A stretch of 64,000 nt of DNA from a virus: positions 32,001 through 96,000 of IMG/VR virus record IMGVR_UViG_3300045988_122718; one strand, written 5' to 3'. The notes beneath the pieces are model-generated. The model did no database searches, was not told the origin of the DNA, and saw only the letters and a program-made list of their open reading frames with translations. The position numbers and the translations under genes were made by a program. Positions 1-10,413 of the stretch are shown one piece after another. Position 1 is the stretch's first letter; each line of letters begins with the position of its first letter.

Positions 1-1
1 A

Positions 2-988
2 GTTGGTGGCGCTCAGCTAGTAAAGACTGAAGACGGTAAGATTTCTTGGGTTAAACCAGATACCACTACCGTTGAAGGTCTATCTACTGCTATCGAGTCA
101 CTAAAGACTGTTGTTGGTGATGATAAGGGTGGTCTTGTAAAGCAAGTTGCTGACAACAAGGCAGCTATTGATACACTTAATGGTGACAAAACTGTATCTG
201 GTTCTGTCGCTTATCAGATTGCACAGATTGTTGCCGGTGCAGATGAGAGTTTTGATACTCTAAAAGAAATCGCAAATTGGATTACGACTCATAAGACCGA
301 TGCGGCTACAATGAATTCTCAGATTAACACCAACAAGGATGATATTTCAGCTTTAAAAACAAAAGTTGGTGATACTTCTGTCGCAGATCAAATTGACGCT
401 GCTCTAAAAGATGGTGATGGCAATAAGTATGCACTAAGCTCTGACTTAGATACTGCTAATGGCAAGATTACTTCCCTACAGGAATTAGTTGGAGAAACAA
501 AGGTTGAAACTCAGATTTCTACCGCACTTGACTCTGCTCTAAAGGTTGACGGTGCTGAAAAGTATGCACTAGCTTATCACACTCATGAGATCGCTAATGT
601 TACTGGTCTTCAGGGTATACTTGATGGCAAGGCTTCTGCTGATGATGTACAGACCATACAGTCTACTGTTGATGGACTAAGCGCAAAGGCTCATGAGCAC
701 GCCAACAAGATTGTTCTTGACGGTATTACTGAGGATAAGGTTAATTCTTGGGATGCTGCTCAGGCTAATGTTATCGAGGCAATTAAGATTGGCGGAACTG
801 CTCTAACTGTTGGCACGGATAAGGCCGTAAGTATTCCTGCTGCAACCGCTGAAGCTCTTGGTCTTGTTAAGGCAGACGGAGCAACTATTGAATCTACCGA
901 CGGTGTACTCAGTGTTAAGGCTGTTGGTATTAGTAAGGTCTTCGTCGATGACGACGTTGAACTTGTTATGGACGGCGGTAATGCTTAA
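2..988 (+). CDS. tail fibre-like structural protein, 5' end truncated by the window edge
   Basis: Frame 2 is open from base 2, so the track ORF 311..988 is only the part after an internal Met. The protein is Ala/Thr/Asp/Lys-rich and fibrous, with FDTLKEIANW and HxH (HTHE, HEHA) motifs typical of phage fibres. It ends in TAA. Confidence 0.7.
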   Translation, partial: VGGAQLVKTEDGKISWVKPDTTTVEGLSTAIESLKTVVGDDKGGLVKQVADNKAAIDTLNGDKTVSGSVAYQIAQIVAGADESFDTLKEIANWITTHKTDAATMNSQINTNKDDISALKTKVGDTSVADQIDAALKDGDGNKYALSSDLDTANGKITSLQELVGETKVETQISTALDSALKVDGAEKYALAYHTHEIANVTGLQGILDGKASADDVQTIQSTVDGLSAKAHEHANKIVLDGITEDKVNSWDAAQANVIEAIKIGGTALTVGTDKAVSIPAATAEALGLVKADGATIESTDGVLSVKAVGISKVFVDDDVELVMDGGNA

Positions 989-1022
989 TTATTATTTTAT
1001 GATTTAAAGGAGATTGACATAT

Positions 1023-2540
1023 ATGGCTAATAAGACTTTTAGTACACGTATTAAGAACAAAATTGATACTTATGCAAATTGGATTGATAAAGATCCTGTT
1101 CTGCTTAATGGTGAAATTGCCGTTGTAGTTATCCCTGCGGAAACTGGTGCTGTACAGGGCGAACCCGTTACTCTATTTAAGGTCGGTGACGGCACTAAGA
1201 ACTTTAGTCAGCTAGAGTTTACTGGTGCAAAGGCTGCTGATGTTTATGGTTGGGCTAAGGCTGCTACCAAGCCAGCGTATTCTGCTACCGAAATTACTGG
1301 TCTAGAAGCTTATATTGGTGAGAAGATTCAGGATACTGATACTCAGTATAAGCTAGAGGCTGATGCTGAAGATGGCCACAAGTTCTATCTATATTCTAAA
1401 GCCAAGGGTGATGAGGCTTTTGGTACTACGCCTGTAAGTACTATCACTATTCCTGAGACTGTATATACTCTAGCTACTGGTACTGCCAATGGTACTGTTA
1501 AATTTAATGGTACTGACGTTGCTGTTGCTGGTCTAGGTTCTGCCGCTTATACCGACTCTACCGCTTATGATGCTAATGGGGCCGCTCAGACCGCTGAGGA
1601 TAATGCTAAGGCACATGCTGACACGAAGGATTCTGCTATTGCAGCCGCCAAGAAAGCTGGTACTGATGCTCAGGCCGCAGTAGATACTCTTTCTGGTAAG
1701 GTGGGTACAGTCGCCGAGGGCAAGACTGTTGTTGAAATGATTGCTGACGCTCAGACCGCTGCAACTTATAATGATACCGAGGTTAAGGCCGGTATCAAGG
1801 CCAATGCTGATGCTATCACTAAGCTAAATGGTACTTCTGCAGTTGAAGGTTCTGTTGACAAGAAGGTAGCTGACGCTATTAATGAGTTTGCCACTAAGGT
1901 TAGCGACGATAAAACCGTCAATACCTTTAAGGAGCTAATTGATTATGCCGCTTCTCACCAAGGTGAATATAGCACTCTGTCTGGCGAAGTTCAGGCTAAC
2001 AAGACTGCTATTGCCACTCTAAACGGCAAAGATACTGACGCTGGTTCTGTAGCAAAGACTGTTAAGGATGCCGTTCATGCCGCACAGGCTACCCTTCAGG
2101 GCGACATTGACAAGAAGGTTGACAAGGTAGAAGGTAAGGATCTATCTACCAACGACTATACCAACGATGAAAAGACCAAGCTAGAAGGCATCGCCACTGG
2201 CGCTCAGGTCAACGTCATTGAGACTGTTAAGGTTAATGGCGTCGCACTAACTCCTGCCGATAAAGCCGTTGACGTTACTGTACCTACTGGCACTCTTGCT
2301 TCTAAGGATAAGGTTGCCGAGACCGACCTTGTAGACGCTCTTGCTACAAAGATCAATGGTAAGCTAGATGCTTCTGAGGTTACTGGGGACCTTCTGACTC
2401 ATAACGCTTCTGAGTTTGCCGCAGCCGATCACAATCATGACGATACTTATTCTAAGCTAGACCACAATCATAAGATTGATGACCTAGAGCAGAGTGCTTA
2501 TATTATTTTCGACTGTGGTACTGCTAGTACCATTATCTAA
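1023..2540 (+). CDS. tail fibre protein with Mtd-like N-terminal domain
   Basis: AAGGAG at 1007-1012 favours the ATG at 1023 (MANKTFSTRIKNK...) over the track start at 1014. The N-terminus (ANW..DPVLL.GE....FKVGDGTK.FSQL) resembles the major-tropism-determinant N-terminal fibre module and is paralogous to the CDS at 11615. It also carries a GKDLSTNDYTNDEKTKLEGI motif and C-terminal DHNH repeats. Confidence 0.75.
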   Translation: MANKTFSTRIKNKIDTYANWIDKDPVLLNGEIAVVVIPAETGAVQGEPVTLFKVGDGTKNFSQLEFTGAKAADVYGWAKAATKPAYSATEITGLEAYIGEKIQDTDTQYKLEADAEDGHKFYLYSKAKGDEAFGTTPVSTITIPETVYTLATGTANGTVKFNGTDVAVAGLGSAAYTDSTAYDANGAAQTAEDNAKAHADTKDSAIAAAKKAGTDAQAAVDTLSGKVGTVAEGKTVVEMIADAQTAATYNDTEVKAGIKANADAITKLNGTSAVEGSVDKKVADAINEFATKVSDDKTVNTFKELIDYAASHQGEYSTLSGEVQANKTAIATLNGKDTDAGSVAKTVKDAVHAAQATLQGDIDKKVDKVEGKDLSTNDYTNDEKTKLEGIATGAQVNVIETVKVNGVALTPADKAVDVTVPTGTLASKDKVAETDLVDALATKINGKLDASEVTGDLLTHNASEFAAADHNHDDTYSKLDHNHKIDDLEQSAYIIFDCGTASTII

Positions 2541-2577
2541 GTGGCATTGCCTCTTCACATTAAGTAGTTTATTTAAT

Positions 2578-2608
2578 AGGAGAGGCATTACGCCTCTCCT
2601 ATTTTTTT
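2578..2608 (+). terminator. rho-independent terminator
   Basis: A perfect 9-bp stem (AGGAGAGGC, loop ATTAC, GCCTCTCCT) is followed by ATTTTTTT. Confidence 0.8.
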
Positions 2609-2635
2609 AGACTATACAAGGAGGAATGAAAACTA

Positions 2636-5600
2636 ATGGCCTATATAAATAAAGTTACTGTTAGAGGCAGAACATACAATTTAGAGAATCTAACGGATGG
2701 TACTCACATTGTTAGATTGCCTATTTTAAGTGGAGATGATGTTTTTGTTACAGAAAAGACATTACAAACCGGTGTAAAGGCATCTGAGCTTACTGATGGT
2801 ACTCATACTGTTAGTTTGCCAAAAAATTTAACAAAAGATGATACATTCGTTCTACAAAGTGTACAAGACAAAGTTAATGATAATAAAGTTGATAAGGTAA
2901 GTGGTAAGGGTTTATCAACAAATGACTATACTACCCCAGAAAAGAATAAGCTTTCTGGTATTGAAGATGGAGCGAACAAATATATTCATCCTATTTATAA
3001 CACAAGAGTATCTGGTCTATATAAAATTACAGTTGATAGCACCGGTCATGTTAGTGATGTAAGTGAGGTTACAAAGGACGACATTACTGGTCTTGGCATA
3101 ACTGATGGTACGGATGCAGTTACTCAGGCCAACGCATATACTGATAAGGCTATTTCTGAATATGAACCTTATTCTATTGAAGTTGTAGGCACACTACCAG
3201 AATCTGGTGAAGATAGAACTTTCTATCTTGTTCCTAATGAATCCAAAACTGGTTATACGAAATACTGGTGGATTACCGACAATGGCGAACAAAAGTGGGA
3301 TGAGTTTAAGGGCGCTTCTACTGTAGTTGTGACCGAACTTCCAACAACTGGTGAGAAAGAAACAGATTATATCCTATATTCTGATGCAGGATGTTTTTAC
3401 TACAAATGGATTGACAACGAATGGAAGATGGTTGCGGGAACTGTTGCCCATATTGTAAATGAACTACCACAGACCGGAAACGAATATTCAGATTACTATG
3501 TGAAAAACACCGATGGTTCATATGTACATTATCGTTATATTGACGGTGCATTCTGCATAATTGGTGGAGACACATATAACAAAACACAAGTAGATAATAA
3601 AATTTCAACATTAAAGACTGATATTGATTCAAATACCACAAACATTACTTCTCTAAGCCGCACAGTTGATGGTATCAGACAAGATTTGGATAGTCTTGAT
3701 ACAGAGGGTTATACTTACTACGCTACTTATGGCAATGCTACTCTTGCGACTGGAGACGAAGCAGAAAACGTATTTACACTTTATGAAGTTAAAAATGAAA
3801 AAGAAGAAGTTAAAAGTCAGTTTGTAATTACTGGTGGCGGCGGCGGAGGCACTACAACCACTACTCTTAAGGTTGAGCGTATTACCGAGTCTCCTGTTAT
3901 TGTCACAACAACTGACAAAGTAGAAATAAGCTTCAACTATTCTTCAACAGATAGCGATGGAGAGGCAGTTGATGGTACTTATACTTGGAAACTCGGAAAT
4001 ACCGTTCTATCCACTGGAGCATTAGTTCAGGGTGTTAATACTTTTGACATGACTGAACATGTGAATATTGGCACTCAAAAATTTGTTTTAACAGTTGTAG
4101 ACGCCGCTGGTAGTGTTGCAGTTAAATCTTGGACTGTGCAAAAGGTTGATGTCAGACTTGAATCTTCATTTAGCGACAAGATTGCATATGAAGCTAACAA
4201 GTCTGTGAACTTTACATATACACCATATGGTGCAATAAACAAAACTGTGCATTTTGTTCTCGATGGGGCTGAAATAGGGACTGTTGCTACAAGTTCATCT
4301 GGTACACTACAGTCTTATACACTCCCAGCTCAAGAACACGGAGCACATTTACTTGAGTGTTACATTACTGCAACGATTAATGGAAAGAGCGTCGAAACGG
4401 ATCATATATTTAAAGATATAATTTGGTATGATGAAAATAGTGAGGCCCCCGTCATTGGTTGTGTTTATAGATATGACCACTATGGCAAGGTGGAGGCTAA
4501 GCAGTATAACTCTACAAACATTCCATTCTATGTATTTGATCCAAAGACAGAAACACCAACTATTACGAGAAGTGTTGACGGGAAGGTTATCGCAACTCAA
4601 ACTATGTCTGGCACATCAGATGTTTGGGCGTATAAATCTTCTGATATTGGTGAACATACGCTTACTATTACTTGCAATAGTACAACACTAACGATTGTAA
4701 TGGACATTAAGGAACTTGGCATTACTATTGAGCCAATTACTGCTAATCTCGCATTTGACTTTAACCCAACTGGTCTATCGAACAGTGATGAAGACAGACT
4801 ATGGAAAGACAGTAGCATGAATGTTAATATGACTGTTTCTGACAACTTCGACTGGTCAAATGGTGGGTATCAGATTGATAGTGATGGCAATCAGTATTTC
4901 TGTGTAAAAGCCGGAACAACTGCGACTATTAATTATAACCTATTTGAGAGAGATGCAAGCGCTTATGGTTCTGAATTTAAGTGCATTTTTAAGACTACGA
5001 ATGTTAGAAAAGCAAACGCAACGTTTTTGACTTGTCAAGCAGACTCTACCGTTGTTGGTTTGGAAATGAATGTTCATGAAGCGTATTTGAAGTCTAGTAT
5101 TAAGAGTCTGTATATTCCTTATAGTGAGGAAGATGTTATTGAGTTTGAGTTTAACATTAACTCACTCGATAAAGATAATCCAGACGCAACAGCCGTTATT
5201 ATGAGCTATGAGGACGGTGTTGGTTTAAGACCAATGATTTATGATTCTACTCATAGGTTGTATCAGTACGAGCCTGTCCCTATTACTATTGGCTCTACAG
5301 ATTGTGATGTTCATATTTATCGTATGAAAGCTTATACTTCTGCTCTGACTGATTCTAACATTCTTTCTAACTTTATTGCAGATGCCAGAGATTCTGATGA
5401 AATGATTGCAAGATATAACCGTAATCAGATTTATGATGAAAACAATGCTTTAACTCCTGAATCTGTAGCAAATGCTTGTCCTCAGTTGAGGGTCATTAAG
5501 ATTGAGTGTCCACACTTTACTAATGATAAGAAAGACTATGTTAAGGGAACGAATGTTGAGTGCATTTATAAGGGTGGAGATCCCGTACTAGATAACTGGA

Positions 5601-8600
5601 AGTTTATTAATTGCTACCATGCTGGTCAGGGAACTACTTCTAACGAATATGGTTATGCTGGTAGAAACATTGATATCATCATGTGTGCAGATGGTAAGAA
5701 TCAGATTGTTAGCAAAATCCCTCTGGATACAGAGTATGTAACAGAACTTATTCTTGGAGATGGAACGAAGTATAGTGATGGTTCTGGTAAAGTGAGTTTG
5801 TCTAGAACTTCTGTGCCAAATAACTGGTTTAACATAAAGGTCAACATAGCTTCTTCAGAAAACGCAAATAATGCTTTGCTTCAGAAGAGATATAATGACT
5901 ATCTACCATACAAAACTGTCGCTATGGAGAATAATCCGAAATGCAAGAATAGTATGGAGTTTTACAACTGTGTAGTGTTTATCAAGGAGACGGATCCTGA
6001 TGTTTCTCAACACAGAGAATTTAAGGATAACGATTGGCACTTCTATGCTATTGGTAATATTGGCGATAGTAAGAAGACCGATGCTACTCGTGTAAATGAT
6101 GTAGAAGACTTGAAAGAATACGTTATTGAGGTAAGTGATAATACGCTACCAAATAGCACCTTCCAGACTGGTGTTACAGATAGCGATGGCAAGATGGTTT
6201 ATCCTATCACTAAAGATCAGTGGAAAGCAGGAAATACTGCTTATGATGCCCTATATAATGATTGGGACGGCTCTTTCGAGTTCCGCTATGATATGGGTGG
6301 TGAAACCAAAGATGGTGCAAGTTTAGCAACATCCGAAGAAAAAGAAGCACAGAGACTTCTAAATAAGCAAGTATGGCGTGATTTCTATGAGTGGGTTATT
6401 ACGTCTACTGATGAAGAATTTGTTTCACAGTTTGGTGATTGGTTCATCAAAGATTCTGCTTTGTATTGGTATTTATTTACCGAGAGATATACCATGATCG
6501 ATAATCGCGCAAAGAATACTTTTTTCCACTATGCAAAATGTGCAGATGGCAAGTATCGTTTTGAACTGTGGGATTATGATAACGACAGTGCTTTGGGCAT
6601 AAACAATTCAGGCGAATTAACAATGGCCTATGGAAAAGAAGATACAGACTATAAGACGGATGGGGACCCATCCTCTGGCTACATCTTCAATGCGGCAGAT
6701 AGTGTATTGTGGTGTCGTATTCGTGATTTGATGAAAAATGATCTAGCAACAATGTATCAGACTCTTGATAGTAGCGGTTGCTGGAGTGACACTTCTCTAA
6801 TTAATGAATTTGATAATTGGCAGGCACAATTCCCAGAAGAACTCTGGAGACTTGATATTGAGCGTAAGTATTATCGTACATATCAAGGCGGTGGCTTAAA
6901 TGGTGGTTTAGAGCCAGAGCCAACTCCTCGTTTCCTGGCCACCATGATGAATGGACGTAAGAAGTATCAGCGTAGACAATTTGAGCGTGACCAGGCTGCT
7001 TATATGGGAACCAAATATTTGTCTACGACCGTCAAAGCAGATCAAATCATGTTTAGATGCAACACTCCTTCTGGTGTAGTTGTTGCACCTAACTATACGT
7101 TAAACATTGTGCCATATTCTGATATGTATTTGTCAGTGTTGTTTGGTAACTCTCCAAGTGCCCAACAGATTCGTGCAAAAGCTGGGCAGACATACGAAAT
7201 CACCTGCCCACTTACCAAGATGGATGATACAGCAGTACTGATTTATTGTGCTTCTCGTATTCAGGCACTAAATGATATTTCTGCCTGTTATATTCACGAT
7301 AACGACTTTTCAAAAGCTTCCAAGCTTCAGAAACTAATTATCGGTAACAGCACATCTGGATATTCTAATCAGTTCTTAACAAACTTAAACCTTGGTAACA
7401 ATGCACTCTTAGAAGAATTAGATATTTGTAACTGCCCCAATCTGACTGGCTCTATCAACCTTTCAAGCTGTGGCAACCTAGAGAAACTTTATGCCGAAGG
7501 TACTTCAATTACTGGTGTATTGTTCGCCTCTAATGGTAAAATTGCCTTAGCTCATCTACCAGGAACTATTAACAGTTTGACATTAAAGAATCTGAAGTAT
7601 CTTACTGATTTATTGGCAACTTATGGCAACCTTGAGTCTTTGACAGTTGAGAACTCTATCGTAGACGAATACTCTATTGTTGAGGATGCTATAGATACAT
7701 TACAGATTTTGAGATTGGTCGGTATAGACTGGACGGTTACAAATACTGATTTGTTAAACAAGATTCTCAAGATGAATAATAGCATGCTTGCTGGTAAAGT
7801 TCATATTGCAGGTCAAGCAAGACAGAGAGAATTAGATGCTTATGCAGCCGCATGGCCTGATTTAACTGTTACCTATAATGGTATTATTACTCAGTATAAA
7901 GTTACGTTTATGAATGCCGATGGCACTCCAATTAAAGATAAAAAGGGTAATGATTATGTTCAGTATGTTGATCAAGGTGGAAAAGCTGTCGATCCAATTA
8001 TGAGTGGTGAAATTGATACTCCGACAATTGCTAGTACAGAACAATATAATTATACTTTCTCTGGCTGGGATGGCATTAATACAAATGTCACCGCCGCAAT
8101 GACTGTTACTGCAAAATATAATGAAACAATTAGAACATATACTGTTCGTTGGTTCCAGCAACCCGGTGTTGTTTGGGAAACAAAAGAAAATGTTGAATAC
8201 GGAACTGGTGTGTTCCCAGACAAAGACAATCCTACTATGAATGATAATGAGGATTCCTATATTTATAACATCTTTACTGGATGGGATAAAAATACTGGCT
8301 TTATTACTGGCAATACAGACGTTTATGCAAAGTGGGAGACTCAAAATGGTTTACCGCAATCTGGCACAGAACTAAAAGATATGACGCCAGTTCAAGTGTA
8401 TGCAGTTGTGGCAGCAGGTAAAGCCAACGATTATTTTGAGCAAAAAGACTATATTGATGTTCGCATGGGCAATGACTACTCTTTCACTAATGTTACAGAA
8501 AATGTTTTAGCAGAGGAAAAATATTTCGATGGCACTACTTCTAAAGTTATAGATACCGGAATAAAACTATTTGGCGCAGATTCTGCTTCTTTTACAATGG

Positions 8601-9589
8601 CAATTGACTTTGAGTTTGACAGCGCCGCTGCGTCTGATGACACGTTGTTGTCTTGTTTTGAATATGATGGAGCAGAAGGTTTCAGACTAAAGTTTAATGG
8701 TACAAGTCCAGAAATTCAATGGGGCAGCGCCAGTCAGGTAGTTGGCTATGGAGCCAAGAGAGACCTAGTTGTGCTGCGTCACGTGAAGGGTGAAGATAAG
8801 CTATATATCTATTCTTTCAATGGAGCTGCTGGATCAAGTAATATATATGCAGATGAAATTGAATATACCGAATTGACCCGTAACCATAGTACAAGCACAG
8901 AAGCAACAATAGTTCTTGGTGGATTTAAGTTCTTATCGAATGGTACTATTGATAATATGGGTAAAGGCTATATTCATTGGGCAAAGGTATGGCTCGAAGA
9001 TTTGGGCGATTCTATTGCTAGAGATTTAGCTGCATGGCCTCATGAAACTATTCGTTTTGAGTATTATGGAAGTGAGCGTTATAGATTCGCTAATGATTCT
9101 AGCCGCAAGACTGGTGCTTCATTTATTGCAAAAGATTTATTGTCTTATGAACATTATATGAATCCAACAAATACAAATGTTGGCGGCTGGGAAGATTCTT
9201 CTATGAGACATTTTATGAATTCTAGAGTATATGAAGCATTCCCGACAGTGTGGAAGTCAATTCTTAAGAAGGTACAAATACCGACAAGTGCTGGTGGAGG
9301 CTCTCAAGAAATTATTTTCTCAAAAGACTATGTTTATGCTCCGTCTTATGTTGAGCTTTCTGGTATTCAGACAGTACCTTATGTAAACGAAGGTAGTCAT
9401 ATTACGTGGTTTACTGATGATGCTTCAAGAGTAAAGACTAGAAATGGTGTTGCGAAAGGATATTATGGTAGATCTGCTATTATCAACTACAATACGTATT
9501 TCGTCTATACTAATGAGCAAGGTGCATGCAATAACATGTATATAGTGTCGAGCAGAAACAGTGGTATTTGTATATGTGTTTCAGTGTAA
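2636..9589 (+). CDS. giant (2317 aa) multidomain receptor-binding/structural protein (fibre adaptor N-terminus; CotH-like, LRR, Listeria-Bacteroides repeat and LamG-like regions)
   Basis: RBS AAGGAGGAA lies upstream. The N-terminus MAYINKVTVRGRTYNLENLTDG..V.LP is paralogous to the CDS at 10414. A CotH-like signature is present (IDNRAKNTFFHY...ELWDYDNDSALG). An LRR stretch follows (LNLGNNALLEELDICNCPNLTGSINLSSCGNLEKLYAEGTSI). Two or three Flg_new-like repeats are present (YKVTFMNADGT...YTFSGWD; YTVRWF...IFTGWDKNTG). Confidence 0.75.
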   Translation: MAYINKVTVRGRTYNLENLTDGTHIVRLPILSGDDVFVTEKTLQTGVKASELTDGTHTVSLPKNLTKDDTFVLQSVQDKVNDNKVDKVSGKGLSTNDYTTPEKNKLSGIEDGANKYIHPIYNTRVSGLYKITVDSTGHVSDVSEVTKDDITGLGITDGTDAVTQANAYTDKAISEYEPYSIEVVGTLPESGEDRTFYLVPNESKTGYTKYWWITDNGEQKWDEFKGASTVVVTELPTTGEKETDYILYSDAGCFYYKWIDNEWKMVAGTVAHIVNELPQTGNEYSDYYVKNTDGSYVHYRYIDGAFCIIGGDTYNKTQVDNKISTLKTDIDSNTTNITSLSRTVDGIRQDLDSLDTEGYTYYATYGNATLATGDEAENVFTLYEVKNEKEEVKSQFVITGGGGGGTTTTTLKVERITESPVIVTTTDKVEISFNYSSTDSDGEAVDGTYTWKLGNTVLSTGALVQGVNTFDMTEHVNIGTQKFVLTVVDAAGSVAVKSWTVQKVDVRLESSFSDKIAYEANKSVNFTYTPYGAINKTVHFVLDGAEIGTVATSSSGTLQSYTLPAQEHGAHLLECYITATINGKSVETDHIFKDIIWYDENSEAPVIGCVYRYDHYGKVEAKQYNSTNIPFYVFDPKTETPTITRSVDGKVIATQTMSGTSDVWAYKSSDIGEHTLTITCNSTTLTIVMDIKELGITIEPITANLAFDFNPTGLSNSDEDRLWKDSSMNVNMTVSDNFDWSNGGYQIDSDGNQYFCVKAGTTATINYNLFERDASAYGSEFKCIFKTTNVRKANATFLTCQADSTVVGLEMNVHEAYLKSSIKSLYIPYSEEDVIEFEFNINSLDKDNPDATAVIMSYEDGVGLRPMIYDSTHRLYQYEPVPITIGSTDCDVHIYRMKAYTSALTDSNILSNFIADARDSDEMIARYNRNQIYDENNALTPESVANACPQLRVIKIECPHFTNDKKDYVKGTNVECIYKGGDPVLDNWKFINCYHAGQGTTSNEYGYAGRNIDIIMCADGKNQIVSKIPLDTEYVTELILGDGTKYSDGSGKVSLSRTSVPNNWFNIKVNIASSENANNALLQKRYNDYLPYKTVAMENNPKCKNSMEFYNCVVFIKETDPDVSQHREFKDNDWHFYAIGNIGDSKKTDATRVNDVEDLKEYVIEVSDNTLPNSTFQTGVTDSDGKMVYPITKDQWKAGNTAYDALYNDWDGSFEFRYDMGGETKDGASLATSEEKEAQRLLNKQVWRDFYEWVITSTDEEFVSQFGDWFIKDSALYWYLFTERYTMIDNRAKNTFFHYAKCADGKYRFELWDYDNDSALGINNSGELTMAYGKEDTDYKTDGDPSSGYIFNAADSVLWCRIRDLMKNDLATMYQTLDSSGCWSDTSLINEFDNWQAQFPEELWRLDIERKYYRTYQGGGLNGGLEPEPTPRFLATMMNGRKKYQRRQFERDQAAYMGTKYLSTTVKADQIMFRCNTPSGVVVAPNYTLNIVPYSDMYLSVLFGNSPSAQQIRAKAGQTYEITCPLTKMDDTAVLIYCASRIQALNDISACYIHDNDFSKASKLQKLIIGNSTSGYSNQFLTNLNLGNNALLEELDICNCPNLTGSINLSSCGNLEKLYAEGTSITGVLFASNGKIALAHLPGTINSLTLKNLKYLTDLLATYGNLESLTVENSIVDEYSIVEDAIDTLQILRLVGIDWTVTNTDLLNKILKMNNSMLAGKVHIAGQARQRELDAYAAAWPDLTVTYNGIITQYKVTFMNADGTPIKDKKGNDYVQYVDQGGKAVDPIMSGEIDTPTIASTEQYNYTFSGWDGINTNVTAAMTVTAKYNETIRTYTVRWFQQPGVVWETKENVEYGTGVFPDKDNPTMNDNEDSYIYNIFTGWDKNTGFITGNTDVYAKWETQNGLPQSGTELKDMTPVQVYAVVAAGKANDYFEQKDYIDVRMGNDYSFTNVTENVLAEEKYFDGTTSKVIDTGIKLFGADSASFTMAIDFEFDSAAASDDTLLSCFEYDGAEGFRLKFNGTSPEIQWGSASQVVGYGAKRDLVVLRHVKGEDKLYIYSFNGAAGSSNIYADEIEYTELTRNHSTSTEATIVLGGFKFLSNGTIDNMGKGYIHWAKVWLEDLGDSIARDLAAWPHETIRFEYYGSERYRFANDSSRKTGASFIAKDLLSYEHYMNPTNTNVGGWEDSSMRHFMNSRVYEAFPTVWKSILKKVQIPTSAGGGSQEIIFSKDYVYAPSYVELSGIQTVPYVNEGSHITWFTDDASRVKTRNGVAKGYYGRSAIINYNTYFVYTNEQGACNNMYIVSSRNSGICICVSV

Positions 9590-9603
9590 TGAGGTGAAGA
9601 ATT

Positions 9604-10341
9604 ATGAGATATTATAAGATTATTATTAATAACGAAATTGTTGGAATTGGTACAACAATAGACTTAAGAAAGTTCCAAAAGAAGCATGAAATCTTTTTGT
9701 CTTGTGATGAATCTGAAGCACAGTACATTCAGTATAAAGAAAAAATGTATCATGCTGTATGGATGCTACCAGTGGCTACAGAAGAGTTTTTAGTGGCTGA
9801 TGTTGTAGAAATCCAACAGGATGAGTACGAAACGCTTTTGTCTGCAATGGAATCAAATGAAACGATTGAGATTGTTCCAGATGAGGAAGTAGACAATGAT
9901 GATTATGTTGACGAAAATGACAAAATTACTATTGATTATGTAAAAGAGTCGAAAATTAACGAAATGAAGGCAACTTGTAACAAGATGATTACAAATGGTT
10001 TTGATATGAAGCTAAGTGATGGAGAATCTCATCATTTTTCACTTACCATACAAGACCAACTAAACTTGATTACATCTTCTCAAATGATTTTAGACGGAAT
10101 TCAAACAATTCCATATCATGCAGATGGGGAGCTTTGCAAGTATTATTCTATTACAGATATGGATCAGGTCGTTAGTATGGCAAACTCTTTTAAAACATAT
10201 CATGTGGCATATTTTAATTCATTGAAGGCATATATCAATTCATTACAAGATATAAATAAAATTTCAGCCATATCTTATGGCGATGATATTCCAGTTAAAT
10301 ATCAATCAGAAGTTTATATTGCACTAAAATATGAATTTTAA
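9604..10341 (+). CDS. hypothetical protein, possible fibre-associated/assembly protein (DUF4376-like C-terminal half)
   Basis: RBS GAGGTGAAG lies upstream and the gene is tightly packed after the giant gene. The C-terminal region (NGFDMKLSDGESHHFSLTIQDQLNL) resembles DUF4376 seen in phage fibre clusters. This is recall only. Confidence 0.5.
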   Translation: MRYYKIIINNEIVGIGTTIDLRKFQKKHEIFLSCDESEAQYIQYKEKMYHAVWMLPVATEEFLVADVVEIQQDEYETLLSAMESNETIEIVPDEEVDNDDYVDENDKITIDYVKESKINEMKATCNKMITNGFDMKLSDGESHHFSLTIQDQLNLITSSQMILDGIQTIPYHADGELCKYYSITDMDQVVSMANSFKTYHVAYFNSLKAYINSLQDINKISAISYGDDIPVKYQSEVYIALKYEF

Positions 10342-10361
10342 TTATAAGAAGAAATACTAAC

Positions 10362-10390
10362 GAGAGGTGCTTATGTGCCTCTCATTTTTG
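10362..10390 (+). terminator. rho-independent terminator
   Basis: Stem GAGAGGTGC, loop TTAT, stem GTGCCTCTC (two G-U pairs), followed by ATTTTTG. Confidence 0.65.
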
Positions 10391-10413
10391 TAATTCATAG
10401 TGGAGGTGAAAAA

